64,000 nucleotides of DNA from an uncultured archaeon (GTDB lineage: Archaea > Nanobdellota > Nanobdellia > Pacearchaeales > GW2011-AR1). The stretch lies in contig CABMGE010000019.1 in NCBI GenBank assembly GCA_902385625.1, positions 1,831-65,830 on the forward strand, written 5' to 3'. Below the pieces are notes generated by a model. That model saw only the letters and a list, made by a program, of their open reading frames with translations, was not told the origin of the DNA and searched no databases. The position numbers and the translations under genes are program-made. Of the stretch, positions 47,487 through 57,699 are shown one piece after another (the first letter of the stretch is position 1; each line of letters opens with the position of its first letter).

Positions 47487-50084
47487 TTACTCAGAAGCCT
47501 GAGGTACTTCGTCCTCAGAAGCATCATCATCATCACCTGCGAGTTTTGCAATATCTACAACTTTGTCTCCGTCTTGAAGTTTAATAACTCGAACTCCCTG
47601 AGTAGCTCTTCCCATAACCCTTATATCTTTTACTCCAGTTCTAATTATTATTCCTTTTTTTGTGGAAACTACAAATTTATCCTTATCATCAACTTGTATT
47701 GTACTTACAACTTTTCCAGTTTTATCAGTAACATTAAGGTTAATTACTCCTTTTCCTGCTCTTCCAGTGAGTCTATAATCTTCAACATAGCTTCTTTTTC
47801 CATATCCATGTTCAGCTACAGTCAGGATTGTAGATTTTGGATTATCTGCAATTTCCATACTTACAACTTCATCTTTTCCATCAAGTTTAATTCCAGTAAC
47901 TCCATATGAAGCTCTTCCCATGTCCCTTACTTCATCAAAATTAAATCTAATACCTTGTCCATCCTTGCTAAATATCATTATCTCTTGCTTATCTGCGATT
48001 CTTTTTACATCAACAACACTATCAGTATTGTCGAGTGGAAGATTAATTATTCTAACCCCTGAATTTCTTGGTTTTGCAAACATTTCCATTCTTATTTTCT
48101 TGACCATTCCTTTCTTTGTCACCATAAACAAATAATCCTTAAAGTCTTTCACAGCAATTACATTTGTTATAGAATCATCTTTAATATTTAACAAATTAAC
48201 AACTGCCTGTCCTTTTCCATATCTCTGCGTTTCAGGAACTCTATATGCTTTTAACCAAAATAACCTTCCTCTTGCAGTAAATAATAATAATTGATCATGT
48301 GTAGAACAAGAAATCATTTGTTTTACAAAATCCTCTGAACTTAGTTCAGCACCAATTACTCCTTTTCCGCCTCTTCTTTGTTCATGATAAGCCTTGTAAG
48401 GCATTCTTTTAATATAACCTTTATCAGTGATAGTAATAATTACTTCCTTTTGCTGTACTAGATCTTTTTCTTCAATTTCTTTTACAGTCCTAATAATCTT
48501 ACTTCTTCTGTCATCGCCATATTTTTCCTTAAGTTCTCCAAGTTCTTTCTTGATTATTTTCAAGATTTCCTTTTCATCAGAAAGTATTTTCTTTAGTTTA
48601 TCAATTAACTCAAGTAAATCCTGCTCTTCTTTTTTAAGCTTATCCTGCTCCATAGCAGTAAGTTGTCTAAGTTTTGTTTCAAGAATTGCTTCTGCTTGTT
48701 TTTTTGTAAATCCAAACTTCTTCATTAAATTATCAAGTGCATCTTCCCTTGATTTTTTAATAGTCTCAATAACTGCATCCAAATTTTTAAGTGCAATCAA
48801 AAGACCTTTTACAATATGCTCTCTTTCTTCTGCTTTTTTTAAATCAAAATCAGTTCTTTTTCTAACAATTTTTCTCCTAAAATCAACATAACAAGAAAGA
48901 ATTTCCTTTAAATTCAAAGTTTTAGGAATACCTGCAACAAGTGCTACCATAACTGCATCAAATTTATTTTGTAGTTTGGTTGATTTATAAAGTCGGTTTA
49001 TTGCAAATTGTGCATTTGCTCCTTTTTTCATTTCAATAACTATTCTTATACTTCCAAGTCCTTTTGACTCATCTCTTATATCAGAAACATCCATTAATTT
49101 TTTATCTCTCACAAGTTCTGCAATTTGTTTAACAAGTTCAGATTTATTTGTCTGATATGGAACTTCAGTTATAACAACATACTCTCTATCTTTTTTTGTC
49201 TCAGTAGTAACTTTTCCACGAACAATAAATCCAGCTTTTCCTTTTTCATATAATTCTTTAAAAGTATTTCCAACAATTTGACCTCCAGTAGGAAAGTCAG
49301 GCCCTTTGATTATCTCGCAAAGTTCATCAATAGTAATTTCAGGTTTATCAATAAGAGCAATAGTTCCGTCACAAACCTCTCTTAAATTATGAGGAGGGAT
49401 GTTTGTCGTCATTCCAACTGCAATTCCACTGCTTCCATTAATGAGTAAATTTGGAAGTTTTCCTGGAAGAACAACCGGCTCTTTTAGAGTATTATCAAAA
49501 TTAGGAAGCATATTTACAGTATCTTTTTCAATATCCTGCAATAATTCAACAGCAAGAGGATTGAGTTTTGCTTCAGTATACCTTGATGCAGCAGCACCAT
49601 CTCCATCCATACTTCCAAAATTTCCCTGACCATGTACAAGAGGATATCTTAAACTAAAATCCTGAGCCATTCTAACCATTGAATCATAAATTGCCATATC
49701 ACCATGAGGGTGGAATTTACCCATAGTGTCTCCAACAATTCTTGCGGATTTTTTTGTCATTCCCTTTTCAAGGCCCATAAGTTTCATTGCCCAAAGAATC
49801 CTTCTATGAACAGGTTTTAGCCCATCTTCAGCAGCAGGAAGAGCTCTTGAAACAATAACTGACATTGCATAGTCAATATAAGCCCTCTTCATTTCAGTTG
49901 AAATTTCAGAAGGAACTACACGATTTTCATCAAGATCTTTTAAATTAATATCTACTTTTTCCAAAAGTTCTGCATCCCCATTTCCATTTTCAGATTCAGC
50001 GACTTCACCATCTTCAGATTCTTCTAAATCTTCTTCATTCATTTCATCATTTTCTTCTTCAAAATCTTCGTCTTTTTTTGCCAT
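47487..50084 (-). CDS. gyrA: DNA gyrase subunit A
   Basis: [23 protein letters not shown] (catalytic Tyr), GyrA-box QRRGGKG, beta-pinwheel repeats. Confidence 0.97.
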   Translation of the reverse strand: MAKKDEDFEEENDEMNEEDLEESEDGEVAESENGNGDAELLEKVDINLKDLDENRVVPSEISTEMKRAYIDYAMSVIVSRALPAAEDGLKPVHRRILWAMKLMGLEKGMTKKSARIVGDTMGKFHPHGDMAIYDSMVRMAQDFSLRYPLVHGQGNFGSMDGDGAAASRYTEAKLNPLAVELLQDIEKDTVNMLPNFDNTLKEPVVLPGKLPNLLINGSSGIAVGMTTNIPPHNLREVCDGTIALIDKPEITIDELCEIIKGPDFPTGGQIVGNTFKELYEKGKAGFIVRGKVTTETKKDREYVVITEVPYQTNKSELVKQIAELVRDKKLMDVSDIRDESKGLGSIRIVIEMKKGANAQFAINRLYKSTKLQNKFDAVMVALVAGIPKTLNLKEILSCYVDFRRKIVRKRTDFDLKKAEEREHIVKGLLIALKNLDAVIETIKKSREDALDNLMKKFGFTKKQAEAILETKLRQLTAMEQDKLKKEEQDLLELIDKLKKILSDEKEILKIIKKELGELKEKYGDDRRSKIIRTVKEIEEKDLVQQKEVIITITDKGYIKRMPYKAYHEQRRGGKGVIGAELSSEDFVKQMISCSTHDQLLLFTARGRLFWLKAYRVPETQRYGKGQAVVNLLNIKDDSITNVIAVKDFKDYLFMVTKKGMVKKIRMEMFAKPRNSGVRIINLPLDNTDSVVDVKRIADKQEIMIFSKDGQGIRFNFDEVRDMGRASYGVTGIKLDGKDEVVSMEIADNPKSTILTVAEHGYGKRSYVEDYRLTGRAGKGVINLNVTDKTGKVVSTIQVDDKDKFVVSTKKGIIIRTGVKDIRVMGRATQGVRVIKLQDGDKVVDIAKLAGDDDDASEDEVPQASE

Positions 50085-50228
50085 TATTTTTTCCCCCTTG
50101 TCTTATTTTCGCATTTATTACAAACATTTTTATTTTTTCCAGGTCTTACCCCAAAAAGAGGTCTTGCAATTATTTTATAGCCCAATCCCTCAAGAGGAAC
50201 ATTACATTTTTTACATCGGTTTACCATT

Positions 50229-50609
50229 TTATTTTTTTACTCCTAATTTCTCCAAAGTTTTTATTGTCTTGGCTAAATCTTTTTTTCTAACAATAATATG
50301 ATCAGTAGAATATGAAGACAAAAGTAATATGCTAATATTCTCATTTGCAAGAGTATTTGCAATTTCTGCAATAAATCCAACAAGATTAACAGGAATTATT
50401 GTTTCAAATTGAATTATTTTAAAACTTCTAGCAAGAGAGCTAGCATCACTTTTCTTTAATTTAGAATTTTCTATCATCACAGTGTATAATTCACTTGCCT
50501 TTATATTTGCAAATGCATCAGGATAGAATTTCTTGGATTTAAATATGGAAAAGTCTCCATCCATTACTTTTATTTTCAAAGTTTTAAAAAATGCCTTGTC
50601 TATTTTCAT
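50229..50609 (-). CDS. ACT-domain protein
   Basis: LVGFIAEIANTLANENISILLLSSYSTDHIIV, tandem-ACT (ACT_7-like) pattern. Confidence 0.8.
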   Translation of the reverse strand: MKIDKAFFKTLKIKVMDGDFSIFKSKKFYPDAFANIKASELYTVMIENSKLKKSDASSLARSFKIIQFETIIPVNLVGFIAEIANTLANENISILLLSSYSTDHIIVRKKDLAKTIKTLEKLGVKK

Positions 50610-50628
50610 TTTGTTTTTTTGATTTTAT

Positions 50629-52521
50629 TTATATATCAACCTCTGCAATATTTGCATTTGCTTCAATGAATTTTCTACGAGGACCAACAACATCTCCCAT
50701 AAGCATAGAAAATGTTGCATCAGCAATAACTGCATCATCGACTGTAACTTTTTTAAGTATTCTTCTTACAGGATCCATTGTAGTATCCCATAATTGAGTA
50801 GGATTCATCTCTCCAAGACCCTTGAATCTCTGGACATCTGCTTTTCCGCCTAATTTATCAAGAGTTTTTTTCATTTCTTCTTCAGAATAAACATAATAAT
50901 CTTTTCCTTTTCTAACCCTAAAAAGAGGAGAAACAGCAACATAAATATTTCCATTCTCAATTAGTTCTGGAACATACCGATAAAAAAAAGTCAAAAGCAA
51001 TGTCCTTATATGACTTCCATCAACATCTGCATCAGTCATGATTATTACCTTGTTATATCGGAGTTTTTCAATATCAAAATTTTCCTTGACACCTGTGCCA
51101 ATAGCAGTAATCAAATTAATAATCTCTTCAGAACTAAGAGCTTTTGTAGGATTTGATTTTTCAACATTAAGTATTTTTCCCTTAAGAGGAAGTATTGCTT
51201 GAAACTCCTTGTCCCTTGCCATTTTACTGCTTCCTGCAGCAGAATCTCCCTCAACAATATAAAGCTCAGTTTTCTCAACTTTTTTAGAAGAGCAATCAGC
51301 AAGTTTTCCAGGAAGTCCGCCAAGACCGCCCATTGCATTTTTACGCCTAACAAGATCTCTTGCCTTTTTAGCAGCTTCCCTAGCTTTTGCACTTGCAACA
51401 ACCTTTTGAGCAATTTTATTGGAAATTGTTGGATTCTCTTCTAAAAATTCTGTTAAAGCAATATAAACCATAGAGTCAACAGCTCCTTTCATTTCAGAAT
51501 TTCCAAGTTTTGTTTTAGTCTGGCCTTCAAATTGAGGTTCACGCATCTTAAGACTAATTATTGCAGTAAGACCTTCTCGAGTATCGTCTCCAGAAAGTTT
51601 TTCATTTTTAAGCATTCCTTTTTTTTCAGCATAATCATTAATTGCTCTTGTGAGTGCAGTTTTAAATCCAGAAATATGAGTTCCGCCCTCAGTAGTATTA
51701 ATTGTATTTACAAACCCAAAAATATTTTCATTATAACCGTCTGTGTATTGAATAGCGACCTCAACAGAATTTGAATCTAGTTGCTTCTTAAAATAAATTG
51801 GTTTATTAATTACAGCCTTGTTTTTATTAATATGTTCAACAAATTCTATAAGCCCTCCAGAATAATGATATGTTTCTTCTTTTCCAGATCGTTCATCCAT
51901 AAGAATTATAGTGACATTCGGATTTAGAAAAGCTATTTCCTGAAGTCTTTTTTTAAGAACTGCAAAATCAAATTCAACAGTAGAAAAAATTTCAGAATCA
52001 GGATAAAATTGAATAGTTGTTCCTCTATCCTTTTTATCAGTCTTCCCTACATTTTTAAGTTCAGTTTGAGGAATTCCAATTTTGTAAGTTTGCTGAAAAA
52101 TATTGCCATCTTGTTTAACTGTTGCAATAAGTTTTATAGAAAGGGCATTTACACAAGAAACTCCAACTCCATGAAGTCCTCCGGAAATTTGATATGAATC
52201 TTTATCGAATTTTCCACCAGCATGAAGTTTAGTAAGTGCTACTTCCATGGCAGATACTTTGTAAATAGGATGTTTACCAACTGGAATTCCACGCCCATCA
52301 TCAATAACAGTGCAACTTCCATCTTTGTTTATTATAATTTTTACATAAGTAGCATGTCCTGCCATTACTTCATCAATAGAGTTATCAACTACCTCATAAA
52401 CACAATGATGTAGTCCATCTTTACCAGTACTTCCAATATACATTGCAGGTCTTTTTCTTACTCCTTCGAGACCTTCTAGAACTTTTATACTCTCTGCCTT
52501 GTATTCTTTACCATCTGCCAT
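50629..52521 (-). CDS. gyrB: DNA gyrase subunit B
   Basis: EVVDNSIDE, LHAGGKF, GGLHGVG, EGDSA, DADVDG, RFKGLGEM. Confidence 0.97.
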   Translation of the reverse strand: MADGKEYKAESIKVLEGLEGVRKRPAMYIGSTGKDGLHHCVYEVVDNSIDEVMAGHATYVKIIINKDGSCTVIDDGRGIPVGKHPIYKVSAMEVALTKLHAGGKFDKDSYQISGGLHGVGVSCVNALSIKLIATVKQDGNIFQQTYKIGIPQTELKNVGKTDKKDRGTTIQFYPDSEIFSTVEFDFAVLKKRLQEIAFLNPNVTIILMDERSGKEETYHYSGGLIEFVEHINKNKAVINKPIYFKKQLDSNSVEVAIQYTDGYNENIFGFVNTINTTEGGTHISGFKTALTRAINDYAEKKGMLKNEKLSGDDTREGLTAIISLKMREPQFEGQTKTKLGNSEMKGAVDSMVYIALTEFLEENPTISNKIAQKVVASAKAREAAKKARDLVRRKNAMGGLGGLPGKLADCSSKKVEKTELYIVEGDSAAGSSKMARDKEFQAILPLKGKILNVEKSNPTKALSSEEIINLITAIGTGVKENFDIEKLRYNKVIIMTDADVDGSHIRTLLLTFFYRYVPELIENGNIYVAVSPLFRVRKGKDYYVYSEEEMKKTLDKLGGKADVQRFKGLGEMNPTQLWDTTMDPVRRILKKVTVDDAVIADATFSMLMGDVVGPRRKFIEANANIAEVDI

Positions 52522-52681
52522 TTTTTAAAAATTCCTCATTTTTTGTTATTAAAGTCTTGACTAAAAATTAATGAATGTTTAAGTTTTAGCCATAAAATCC
52601 GATGATATTTATTATTTCTCATCTATTTTATATGATTTTTAATGAACATGGCTTTAAAAACCTTTCTATCAAAAAATCAAT

Positions 52682-52696
52682 TTTACCGACGGTAAA
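52682..52696. promoter_or_regulatory. Palindrome upstream of gyrB, putative operator
   Basis: TTTACCG-A-CGGTAAA, just upstream (minus strand) of the BRE/TATA-like GAAAGGTTTTTAAA. Confidence 0.45.
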
Positions 52697-52734
52697 TTTG
52701 CTATTTTTGTCCTCGTAAAAAAATTAAGGAAAAA

Positions 52735-52980
52735 TTATTTTTTTTCTTCCTTTTCAGTTGTTTTTTCAACCTTTACAGAATTCTCTTCAATATTCGCCTT
52801 GCTTGCCTCTAAAAAACCGGTTCTTCTTCGAACCCAGTTAAGTTTTCTTGCATCACGTCCAAGATTCTGGTTTCTTATGCATTTACCAGAACAGTAATGT
52901 AATGATCTTCCATCAAAAGTAAATACAGTAAGGCCCCTTGGTTCCTTAAAACTTTTCCTGCAATATGAACATGTTGGCAT
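52735..52980 (-). CDS. rpl24e: 50S ribosomal protein eL24
   Basis: CSYC...G...CSGKC...R..RKLNW. Confidence 0.93.
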   Translation of the reverse strand: MPTCSYCRKSFKEPRGLTVFTFDGRSLHYCSGKCIRNQNLGRDARKLNWVRRRTGFLEASKANIEENSVKVEKTTEKEEKK

Positions 52981-52993
52981 TTTTTTCTCCTAA

Positions 52994-53296
52994 TTAGCTA
53001 AAAGCTCCTTTTACAACTTTAGTTTTAATTCTTCTCGCCTCAATTTGAGTTTCTCTGAGCATTAAAATATCTTTTTTTCTAACCGGCCCTTTAACATTTC
53101 TTCTCATAACTTTTCCTTTATCATAACCTTGTAATACTCTTGCTTTCACCTGAGTTACCTCTCCTCTGGCACCAGTTCTTCCAATAATTCCCTCAACAAC
53201 TGCAGGCACTGCTGTTTCTGACAAAATTCCTTCTGCTCCTTTTGAAGGAACTTGACTTTGTTGCTGTTGTTCTTTTGTTTTTTGCTGTTTTGCCAT
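52994..53296 (-). CDS. rps28e: 30S ribosomal protein eS28 (N-terminally extended)
   Basis: [34 protein letters not shown]. Confidence 0.95.
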   Translation of the reverse strand: MAKQQKTKEQQQQSQVPSKGAEGILSETAVPAVVEGIIGRTGARGEVTQVKARVLQGYDKGKVMRRNVKGPVRKKDILMLRETQIEARRIKTKVVKGAFS

Positions 53297-53348
53297 TTTT
53301 ATAATTAATATTAGCTTCTGCGAAAATCAATAATTATCAGTTAGATAA

Positions 53349-53666
53349 TTATTTCTTCATGCTTTTTATAAAACTTTCAAGGTCTTTTTCAGCATCACCT
53401 GCATTAATGATTGCTACAGAAGCGCATTTCACTCCAAGTCCTACTGAAATTCCTAATTTTTCCTTTTTATCAGCTTCAGCGCAAGCAATACTTTTTTCCT
53501 TGCACAAAATAGGAATATGTTGGACAACTTCCTTAGGTTCCACATCAGTTGCATATACAACTAATTTTGCAGTTCCTCTCTCGATCGCTTTTGTAACTTC
53601 ATTAGTTCCTTTTTCAACCTTTCCAGTTTTTCTAGCTTTTTCGACTAGTTCGTATACAGAAACCAT
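53349..53666 (-). CDS. rpl7ae: 50S ribosomal protein L7Ae (eL8)
   Basis: KGTNEVTKAIERG.AKLV..A.DVEP. Confidence 0.96.
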   Translation of the reverse strand: MVSVYELVEKARKTGKVEKGTNEVTKAIERGTAKLVVYATDVEPKEVVQHIPILCKEKSIACAEADKKEKLGISVGLGVKCASVAIINAGDAEKDLESFIKSMKK

Positions 53667-53739
53667 TTTGTTTTTTTATTTAGTTTTTAGTTTATTTAAT
53701 TTACCAACTGAAATAATTAAAAGAGAGAACAATTTTGAG

Positions 53740-53762
53740 CCTCCCTAATATTAGGTCATTGG
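53740..53762 (-). promoter_or_regulatory. Kink-turn motif in the 5' leader of rpl7ae (putative autoregulatory L7Ae site)
   Basis: Minus strand reads CC-AAU-GA-CCUA(AUAU)UAGG-GA-GG; TTTATAAA at 53788-53795 puts the TSS near 53764. Confidence 0.7.
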
Positions 53763-53797
53763 TTATAAAAAACAAAGAAAAAGGTGGTTTATAAATC

Positions 53798-54835
53798 TTA
53801 CTTCCACCTAACATTTACATCATCTGTCCTTTCGCGAGGATTTATATCAAGTTTATTAAAATCTTTTTCAAAATAAACCAACATACCGTATGTATTTTCA
53901 TCTGCATCAAATCTTTTCAGAGATTTATTATTTTTTAGATTATTTGAATCATAAATTATCTCTCCAAGATATGCAATCATTGCAGCATTATCAACCAGAT
54001 ATTCTCTTTCAGGAACAAAAAATTTACATCCTCTTTCTTCACACATTATTTTACACATCTCTTGCAATCGAGTATTGCAACCAACTCCTCCTCCAAGTAA
54101 TAACTCCTTTTTTCCAGTATGGGCAAGCGCTCTCTCACTTGCCTCTACAAGCATTGCAAATGCAGTTTCCTGTAAACTATAACTCAAATCCTCAATTTTT
54201 TCTCCTTTGTCAAATTTTTGCTTCAAATTAGTTAAAAGCCCTGAGAAAGCAACATCCATTCCCTTTATAGTATACGGAACTTCAATATATTTCCCGGATT
54301 TCGCATGTTCCATAATCTTTGGCCCTCCAGGAAAACCCATCCCACAATGTCTTGCAAAAGTATCAATAAAATTTCCAATTCCAATATCAAGAGTTTCGCC
54401 AAATACTCTATATTTTCCAGCAGCATAAGCAATTATCTGAGTGTTTGCCCCAGAGGCATATAAAAGAACAGGATCAGAAGCTCCAGTAATTCTTCCAATC
54501 TCAAGATGAGCAACACAATGATTCACAGGTACAATCGGAACTCCAAGTTCTTTTGCTTTTCTTTTTGCAAATCTCATTCCTTCGAGAAGACATGGAGCAA
54601 GACCTGGTGCTTGAGAAATAGCAATTGCATCAATATCTCTTTCTTTAATCTTTGCAAGATCAATTGCCTTCTTATAAATTTCATCACTAACTCTTGCATG
54701 ATGTTTTGCACTATCAACAGGAATTATTCCACCCTTCTCAGTTGTATACATATCGCGAACATTGCAAAGAATTTTACCTTTTGATACAATTCCAATTCCA
54801 AATGTGTGTGCAGTTGATTCAATACCTAGTATCAT
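53798..54835 (-). CDS. kae1: KEOPS N6-threonylcarbamoyltransferase Kae1
   Basis: ILGIESTAHT, VNHCVAHLE, SGANTQ, GGGVGCN, DNAAMIA. Confidence 0.95.
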   Translation of the reverse strand: MILGIESTAHTFGIGIVSKGKILCNVRDMYTTEKGGIIPVDSAKHHARVSDEIYKKAIDLAKIKERDIDAIAISQAPGLAPCLLEGMRFAKRKAKELGVPIVPVNHCVAHLEIGRITGASDPVLLYASGANTQIIAYAAGKYRVFGETLDIGIGNFIDTFARHCGMGFPGGPKIMEHAKSGKYIEVPYTIKGMDVAFSGLLTNLKQKFDKGEKIEDLSYSLQETAFAMLVEASERALAHTGKKELLLGGGVGCNTRLQEMCKIMCEERGCKFFVPEREYLVDNAAMIAYLGEIIYDSNNLKNNKSLKRFDADENTYGMLVYFEKDFNKLDINPRERTDDVNVRWK

Positions 54836-55004
54836 TTTATAAATCTATTTTTAATCAAATTTACTTTGTTAAAAATAGCTAATTTATCTAATTTTTGTTG
54901 TACAAAAATTAATTTAAATGTGTGTGCTGTAGACTCTATTCCGAGTATTATTGCCATAAATAATTAAGAAAAACTTATTTTATTAATTTATGGTTAGGCC
55001 TTAA

Positions 55005-55520
55005 CTATTTGCCCAAGCTGTAAATTTTTTTACCCTCGTCAATTACAACTTGCTCACTACAAGAACTATTAGTATCAGACGAATTCTTACAAACAAAAAG
55101 AACTTCCCATTTATCCCCATTTTTAATTATACTTTTAAAAATAAAATTATCAGAATAATTTGAAACAACAGTTTCAGCAAGTTTTCTTGCACTATAAGGA
55201 TTTAGAGGAACTCTTGCGATAAGCATATCTTCCCCATTTTCTTCCCAAAAAGGAACATTACCATCTCTAACACTTTCGCTGAAATTTTTAAAAGAATCAA
55301 ATTTCAGAGAAAATCCAGTAATTTTAAAATCAAGATTCTTATTATCCTCATTTAATTTATCTATTTGTTTCTTTAAACCAGAAATTTCATTTTCCTTAAT
55401 AACACTAACGACAATTAGAATAGCGACCAAAACGATTATCATCACAGCCATATAATACAAATGTATCTTGCTTCCCCTCTTACTAGTCTCTTTTTTATCC
55501 TCTGTAATCACAGGATCCAT
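55005..55520 (-). CDS. Hypothetical membrane-anchored coiled-coil protein
   Basis: TM at residues ~22-40, then heptad repeats. Confidence 0.6.
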   Translation of the reverse strand: MDPVITEDKKETSKRGSKIHLYYMAVMIIVLVAILIVVSVIKENEISGLKKQIDKLNEDNKNLDFKITGFSLKFDSFKNFSESVRDGNVPFWEENGEDMLIARVPLNPYSARKLAETVVSNYSDNFIFKSIIKNGDKWEVLFVCKNSSDTNSSCSEQVVIDEGKKIYSLGK

Positions 55521-55689
55521 AATAAAACAAGGAACTTTAGATATATAAAGATTATTATAAAAAAGGGCACATAATCCTTATGCCCAAAAACACATTAAAA
55601 AAATATTAAAATAAAAATCATATAAAAAAAATAAAAAATATCACATCACCTCTCTTTTACCCAAAAGAGTTAAAAAATATTAGCGTTCT

Positions 55690-55812
55690 TTATCTTTTTT
55701 TCTTTTTTCCGCCTCTAGCCATCTTAGCTTCACATACGTTTCCTTTTCCGTCAACATAGTAAAGATAACCTGGCTTTCTTTTAACAACGTTTTTTGCAAT
55801 AACTGATCCCAT
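55690..55812 (-). CDS. 40-aa basic microprotein, not in the ORF track
   Basis: MGSVIAKNVVKRKPGYLYYVDGKGNVCEAKMARGGKKKKR; strong SD AAGGAGGT 5 nt before the ATG. Confidence 0.75.
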   Translation of the reverse strand: MGSVIAKNVVKRKPGYLYYVDGKGNVCEAKMARGGKKKKR

Positions 55813-55907
55813 TTTGACCTCCTTTTATAACGATTATATTATATATAATAAAATTCCACTATTTAAACCTTTCTAATTCCCGACGGTAAATTCCTTATCG
55901 TCGGTTG

Positions 55908-56240
55908 TTACTTAATAATTAATAATTTCAACTTTTTAAAATTAATATCAGTCTCGGGAATTTCAAGAAATTTATCAAATCTCTTAATTGGTTTTATATT
56001 AATTTTCCAGGGTTTTACATATTTTATATCAATAAGAGTATTGCCATCAAACCAAACAATAATAAAATCAGAACAAAAAAAAGAATGAATAGAATTTCTA
56101 TTTTTCTTATTAAAAAGAAAGAGGAGAGGTTTGCTCTTTTTTCTAAACATCAGACCAGTTCCCTGTGATAAAAAACTTCTACATTCTTTTGCTTCAATAT
56201 TGAAACTTTTTCCCAGATAATTAAATGAAAATTTCACCAT
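55908..56240 (-). CDS. DUF192 family protein
   Basis: GLMFR, IHSFFC...I.WFD; start ATG 56240. Confidence 0.75.
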   Translation of the reverse strand: MVKFSFNYLGKSFNIEAKECRSFLSQGTGLMFRKKSKPLLFLFNKKNRNSIHSFFCSDFIIVWFDGNTLIDIKYVKPWKINIKPIKRFDKFLEIPETDINFKKLKLLIIK

Positions 56241-56307
56241 CTTATTACTCTTAAAGATCAATCATTAATAAATCTTAGTGCAAAATTTATAAAGCAGAAG
56301 AATTAAC

Positions 56308-56865
56308 TTAAAACCACCAATTTTTTTTCTTTTTCACAACTAATTCTTTTTCAGGTTTATCCAGAACAACAAAAAATTCTCTTTCAATCTTCTGTCCCCT
56401 TGTTAAAGAGTTATCAGGTTCATTATAAATTACTCTATCAAAATCATTTTGAATATTTGTTGGAGATCCATTGACATCACGAATAATATTTCTTTTCATT
56501 AGATTCATATAATGATCATACATCTTATTTACATTTCTTTCATGAACAATATTATGATGTATAAATCCTCCTCCAAAACTCTTTGGAATATGCATAAGCT
56601 CATGAATTAAAGTTTTTGTTTTTTCTTCCTCACTCATCCGATCAAACCTTTTTGAAATAACTTCAATAACATAAAATCCTCTTCTCCCAAGTGCAAGTTG
56701 CATTGCCTTCCCAAGTGCATGACACCTCGCGATTGTCCCTCTTGAAGAACTTCCAAAACTCCTGATACAAACAACCGAATCCAATTTAACATGGGGAAAT
56801 AGCATACGAGCTATTTCATTAACCTGTTTTTGTATATCTTGAGCTAGTTCATAACGAATACCCAT
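56308..56865 (-). CDS. Putative metallopeptidase (phage-metallopeptidase-like)
   Basis: IARCH, LIHELMHIP. Confidence 0.75.
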   Translation of the reverse strand: MGIRYELAQDIQKQVNEIARMLFPHVKLDSVVCIRSFGSSSRGTIARCHALGKAMQLALGRRGFYVIEVISKRFDRMSEEEKTKTLIHELMHIPKSFGGGFIHHNIVHERNVNKMYDHYMNLMKRNIIRDVNGSPTNIQNDFDRVIYNEPDNSLTRGQKIEREFFVVLDKPEKELVVKKKKNWWF

Positions 56866-57173
56866 TGTGTTAATTCACTTCCATATACCTATTAATGTAA
56901 ACTTATAAATGAGTGTATTAATTGATAAATAATTAAAAGAATCCGTATAAATAGGGATTTTAAGCCAGATTTACTCTAGATTAAAACTTCTAATGGTTTT
57001 TAAGAATTTAGGGTATATATTTTATACTTTCGCATAAAATAGTCCTAAGTAGTTGTTTTTTAGTGAAGTAAATTCATAAAAAACAATTATTATGCAAATT
57101 TACTTTGGATAATAATTGCAACTTTTGAGCAAGCACTCCAAAGTCATTTTTTGCTTTGCAAAAAATTACTTTG

Positions 57174-57644
57174 TCAAAGATCCCAACCCTCTTCCCACTC
57201 TTCTCCTCGCTTCCACCAATCTTGTTCATAATCTTCTTGATCATACATGCCATCATAACTATCTTTGTATGCATGAGGAGTATGATTATCACTGGAACTG
57301 CTTAAAGAGCCTTCATATTCATAATCTATAAGACGTCTTGCAAGATTAAAAATCCTATTTGCCTTATTCGTAATTTTTTTGTCAGATTTTTTCCTAAAAC
57401 AAAAATCATTAAACAATTCCACCATTCTATAAGGAATATCAATTTCTTCTATCTGCCAACCTTTTTTTTCAAGATTTCGTTTAGACAATCTTCCCTCTTT
57501 AATATCGAGAGTAAGTTTAGAGAGAATGTTTTCATCCCAGATATGTACTGGATCCTTTGAAATTGTTGGAAGATAAGAAATAAGCGCAAATGGAACATAC
57601 AAAAATTCTACATCTCTTTTGTTAATACAATAATATGCTTTCAT
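57174..57644 (-). CDS. Hypothetical protein with acidic/aromatic tail
   Basis: Track ORF 57174..57695; likely start ATG 57644. Confidence 0.5.
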   Translation of the reverse strand: MKAYYCINKRDVEFLYVPFALISYLPTISKDPVHIWDENILSKLTLDIKEGRLSKRNLEKKGWQIEEIDIPYRMVELFNDFCFRKKSDKKITNKANRIFNLARRLIDYEYEGSLSSSSDNHTPHAYKDSYDGMYDQEDYEQDWWKRGEEWEEGWDL

Positions 57645-57699
57645 AATAATAAAGCAAAAACCCGGATTTATAAGATTAATTATAATAAAGTTCAATAAT

